A DNA stretch of 39,145 nt from Burkholderiaceae bacterium (GTDB lineage: Bacteria > Pseudomonadota > Gammaproteobacteria > Burkholderiales > Burkholderiaceae_B). The translations under genes were made by a program, and so were the position numbers. Under the pieces are notes generated by a model. The model did not search any database, was not told the DNA's origin, and saw only the letters and a program-made list of their open reading frames with translations. The stretch covers positions 1 to 39,145 of the forward strand of contig DATGUI010000079.1 in assembly GCA_035301405.1 (NCBI GenBank). Direction: 5' to 3'. Positions 37,702 through 39,145 of the stretch are shown in pieces (the first letter of the stretch is position 1; the number at the start of each line of letters is the position of its first letter).

Positions 37702-38964
37702 TTACAGGTAGCCGTTACGCTCTTTCCACTCTTTTTCGAGTTCGAAGATCTGCTCCCAGGAACCGGCCTGCGGATCGGGCAGGTAGGGATCATCGGCAAT
37801 GACTTCACCCCAGCCCACGGCATAGTTCACCATGGTCTGGTCTTCTCCGCGCATGGTGATGGTGCCATCTGCACCGAATGGAGACTCGATGGTGAGGTCA
37901 TGCATGACTTCAGCCAGCTTCTCGCCGTCGGTGGAGTTAGCCTTTTCCATGGCAGCCACCAGGAACTGCACGCCAGTGGCGGCCTGCCAGGACCAGTTGG
38001 TGGGCAGCTCGTTGTGCTTTTCAAAGTAGGCATCGGCCCAGTCGCGGTTTTTTTCCGTGGCGGGGAATGCAGCGATATAACGGTTGCCGGAATGAAGGCT
38101 TTCCGGCAAGTTCTTGACCACGGTCAGTGCCGTGTAGTCAGCCATGTTGACGGCAAAGAAGGATCGGTCGGCAAACAGGCCGTAGATATTACCCTGATCA
38201 ATGAACGAGGTGAGGTCTCCACCCCACAGGCAGGAATAGACGGCTTGCGGCTTCTTGCGCAGAATCTGCGTGATGACTTCGCTGTAATCTGACTGGAACA
38301 GTTTGGGCCAGACATCACCCAGCAGCTCAATGTCCGGATTGAAGTGCTGCAGGTATTCAAAGAACTCGGCCGTGGTATCGCGACCGTAGGCATAGTCGGG
38401 CGAACAGCCCATCCACTGGGTAATGCCCTGCTCCTTGGCAACCTTTGCGGCATATGCTCCACCGACAATGGAATCGTGAATCCCCTGGCGAGCAGTACGG
38501 AAGGTGTTGGGGCTGCGCAGCTTGGGATCGGCCGTCAGTGACGAGGTTTCCGAAATGGAGTGCAAGCAGAAGATGCCCAGGTCACGTGCCACCTCGTGAA
38601 CGGCAAAGGCACCCGATGAGGCCTCGCAATCCAGCAGCAACTCGCAATCATCGCTGTTGATGAGTTCGCGAGTGACGCGGGCCGCTTCCTGGGGCTGGCC
38701 GCGCGAGTCCCGGATGACCATTTCAATGGGGCGGCCATTGAGTCCACCGGCTTCGTTGAACTTGTCGACTTCAAGCATGACCGCATTGCGCGACGACGTG
38801 CCCAACTGGGCTACCCGGCCGGAAAGAATGGTGGGCATGGCCACCCGTATGGGGTTGTTTTGCGCAAACGACAGGGCGGGCCAGCCTATGGAGGCCAGGC
38901 CGATGGCACTGGATGTGGTCTTGAGAAAAGTACGACGGGTACGGTGTTTGACGTTGGATGTCAT
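37702..38964 (-). CDS. LivK-type (PBP1) ABC substrate-binding protein with a twin-arginine-type signal peptide
   Basis: 420 aa from the ATG at 38964, which has a GGAGA Shine-Dalgarno 5 nt upstream. The track start at 38976 adds 4 aa. The N-terminus is MTSNVKHRTRRTFLKTTSSAIGLASIGWPALSFAQ. The body resembles Leu/Ile/Val-binding-protein family receptors. Confidence 0.88.
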   Translation of the reverse strand: MTSNVKHRTRRTFLKTTSSAIGLASIGWPALSFAQNNPIRVAMPTILSGRVAQLGTSSRNAVMLEVDKFNEAGGLNGRPIEMVIRDSRGQPQEAARVTRELINSDDCELLLDCEASSGAFAVHEVARDLGIFCLHSISETSSLTADPKLRSPNTFRTARQGIHDSIVGGAYAAKVAKEQGITQWMGCSPDYAYGRDTTAEFFEYLQHFNPDIELLGDVWPKLFQSDYSEVITQILRKKPQAVYSCLWGGDLTSFIDQGNIYGLFADRSFFAVNMADYTALTVVKNLPESLHSGNRYIAAFPATEKNRDWADAYFEKHNELPTNWSWQAATGVQFLVAAMEKANSTDGEKLAEVMHDLTIESPFGADGTITMRGEDQTMVNYAVGWGEVIADDPYLPDPQAGSWEQIFELEKEWKERNGYL

Positions 38965-39013
38965 GTGAGTCTCCATTTATTGTCAGTGGATACAAAGTGC
39001 GAATGAGCAGATG

Positions 39014-39145
39014 TCATTGATCAATCAGCTCGTCACGCAGCACGCGCTTGAGAATTTTTCCAGACGGGTTTCTGGGCAGGGCATCGGTCACAATCAACTG
39101 CTTGGGCGTCTTGAACGAAGCAATCTTGCCACGGAAAAAACTCTG
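39014..39145 (-). CDS. AMP-dependent acyl-CoA synthetase/ligase, C-terminal 43 codons (5' part outside the window)
   Basis: My own minus-strand translation gives [43 protein letters not shown]. The motif P+x..GKI.+R.LR is the conserved C-terminal motif of adenylate-forming enzymes. Confidence 0.8.
   Translation of the reverse strand, partial: QSFFRGKIASFKTPKQLIVTDALPRNPSGKILKRVLRDELIDQ

Noticed and set aside
31491-39145. Idea that everything downstream of tRNA-Leu(UAA) (OYE, TetR, LIV/SDR/ligase operon) is a tRNA-targeted genomic island
   Set aside because: I could see no integrase, no transposase and no direct repeat of the tRNA 3' end. GC content looks like the core genes. It is better described as an accessory metabolic cluster unless comparative genomics shows presence/absence polymorphism.
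1-39145. Search by eye for CRISPR repeats, tandem arrays, IS inverted repeats, toxin-antitoxin pairs, restriction-modification or other defence genes
   Set aside because: None were found. The only mobile-DNA-associated signal is the decayed RhuM-family remnant at 29271-29700. A by-eye scan cannot exclude dispersed short repeats, so a self-dot-plot is needed.

Overview
This window reads as a high-GC betaproteobacterial chromosomal core segment. It is probably Alcaligenaceae/Bordetella-like, an inference from a Bordetella-type major porin next to nuoA and a RisA/OmpR-like regulator. Gene order, left to right:
- tsaB (5' part, minus strand)
- ompR-envZ two-component pair
- a convergent dCache-GGDEF diguanylate cyclase
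- an orphan family-5 ABC substrate-binding protein
- ispF-ispD (minus), divergent from mfd
- a 76-aa ORF, then serB
- a complete 14-gene NADH:quinone oxidoreductase operon nuoA-N (minus, 12468-27176) followed by a DUF2818-like membrane protein
- a trimeric-porin gene
- about 0.6 kb of lower-GC non-coding DNA and a decayed RhuM-family gene
- tpiA-secG-tRNA-Leu(GAG) (minus)
- tRNA-Ser(UGA) and tRNA-Leu(UAA) (plus)
- an accessory-looking metabolic block: YqjM-type Old Yellow Enzyme, a TetR regulator, and an operon of acyl-CoA ligase, LivK-like SBP, LivH, LivM, SDR, LivG and LivF

I found no CRISPR array, intact mobile element, integrase, toxin-antitoxin pair or recognisable defence system, and I do not see a convincing novel system. 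The points most worth a second look are:
- an unusually long, palindrome-rich nuoA-nuoB spacer
- the lower-GC porin / non-coding / RhuM-remnant block wedged between tRNA-Leu(GAG) and the nuo promoter
- an OYE gene starting 13 nt after a tRNA
- an SDR dehydrogenase translationally coupled inside a LIV-type ABC transporter operon
- a 28-bp ispD/mfd divergent spacer with a perfect TATAAT
- two convergent gene overlaps

Many long ORFs in the supplied track are antisense shadow ORFs of this GC-rich DNA and were discarded.
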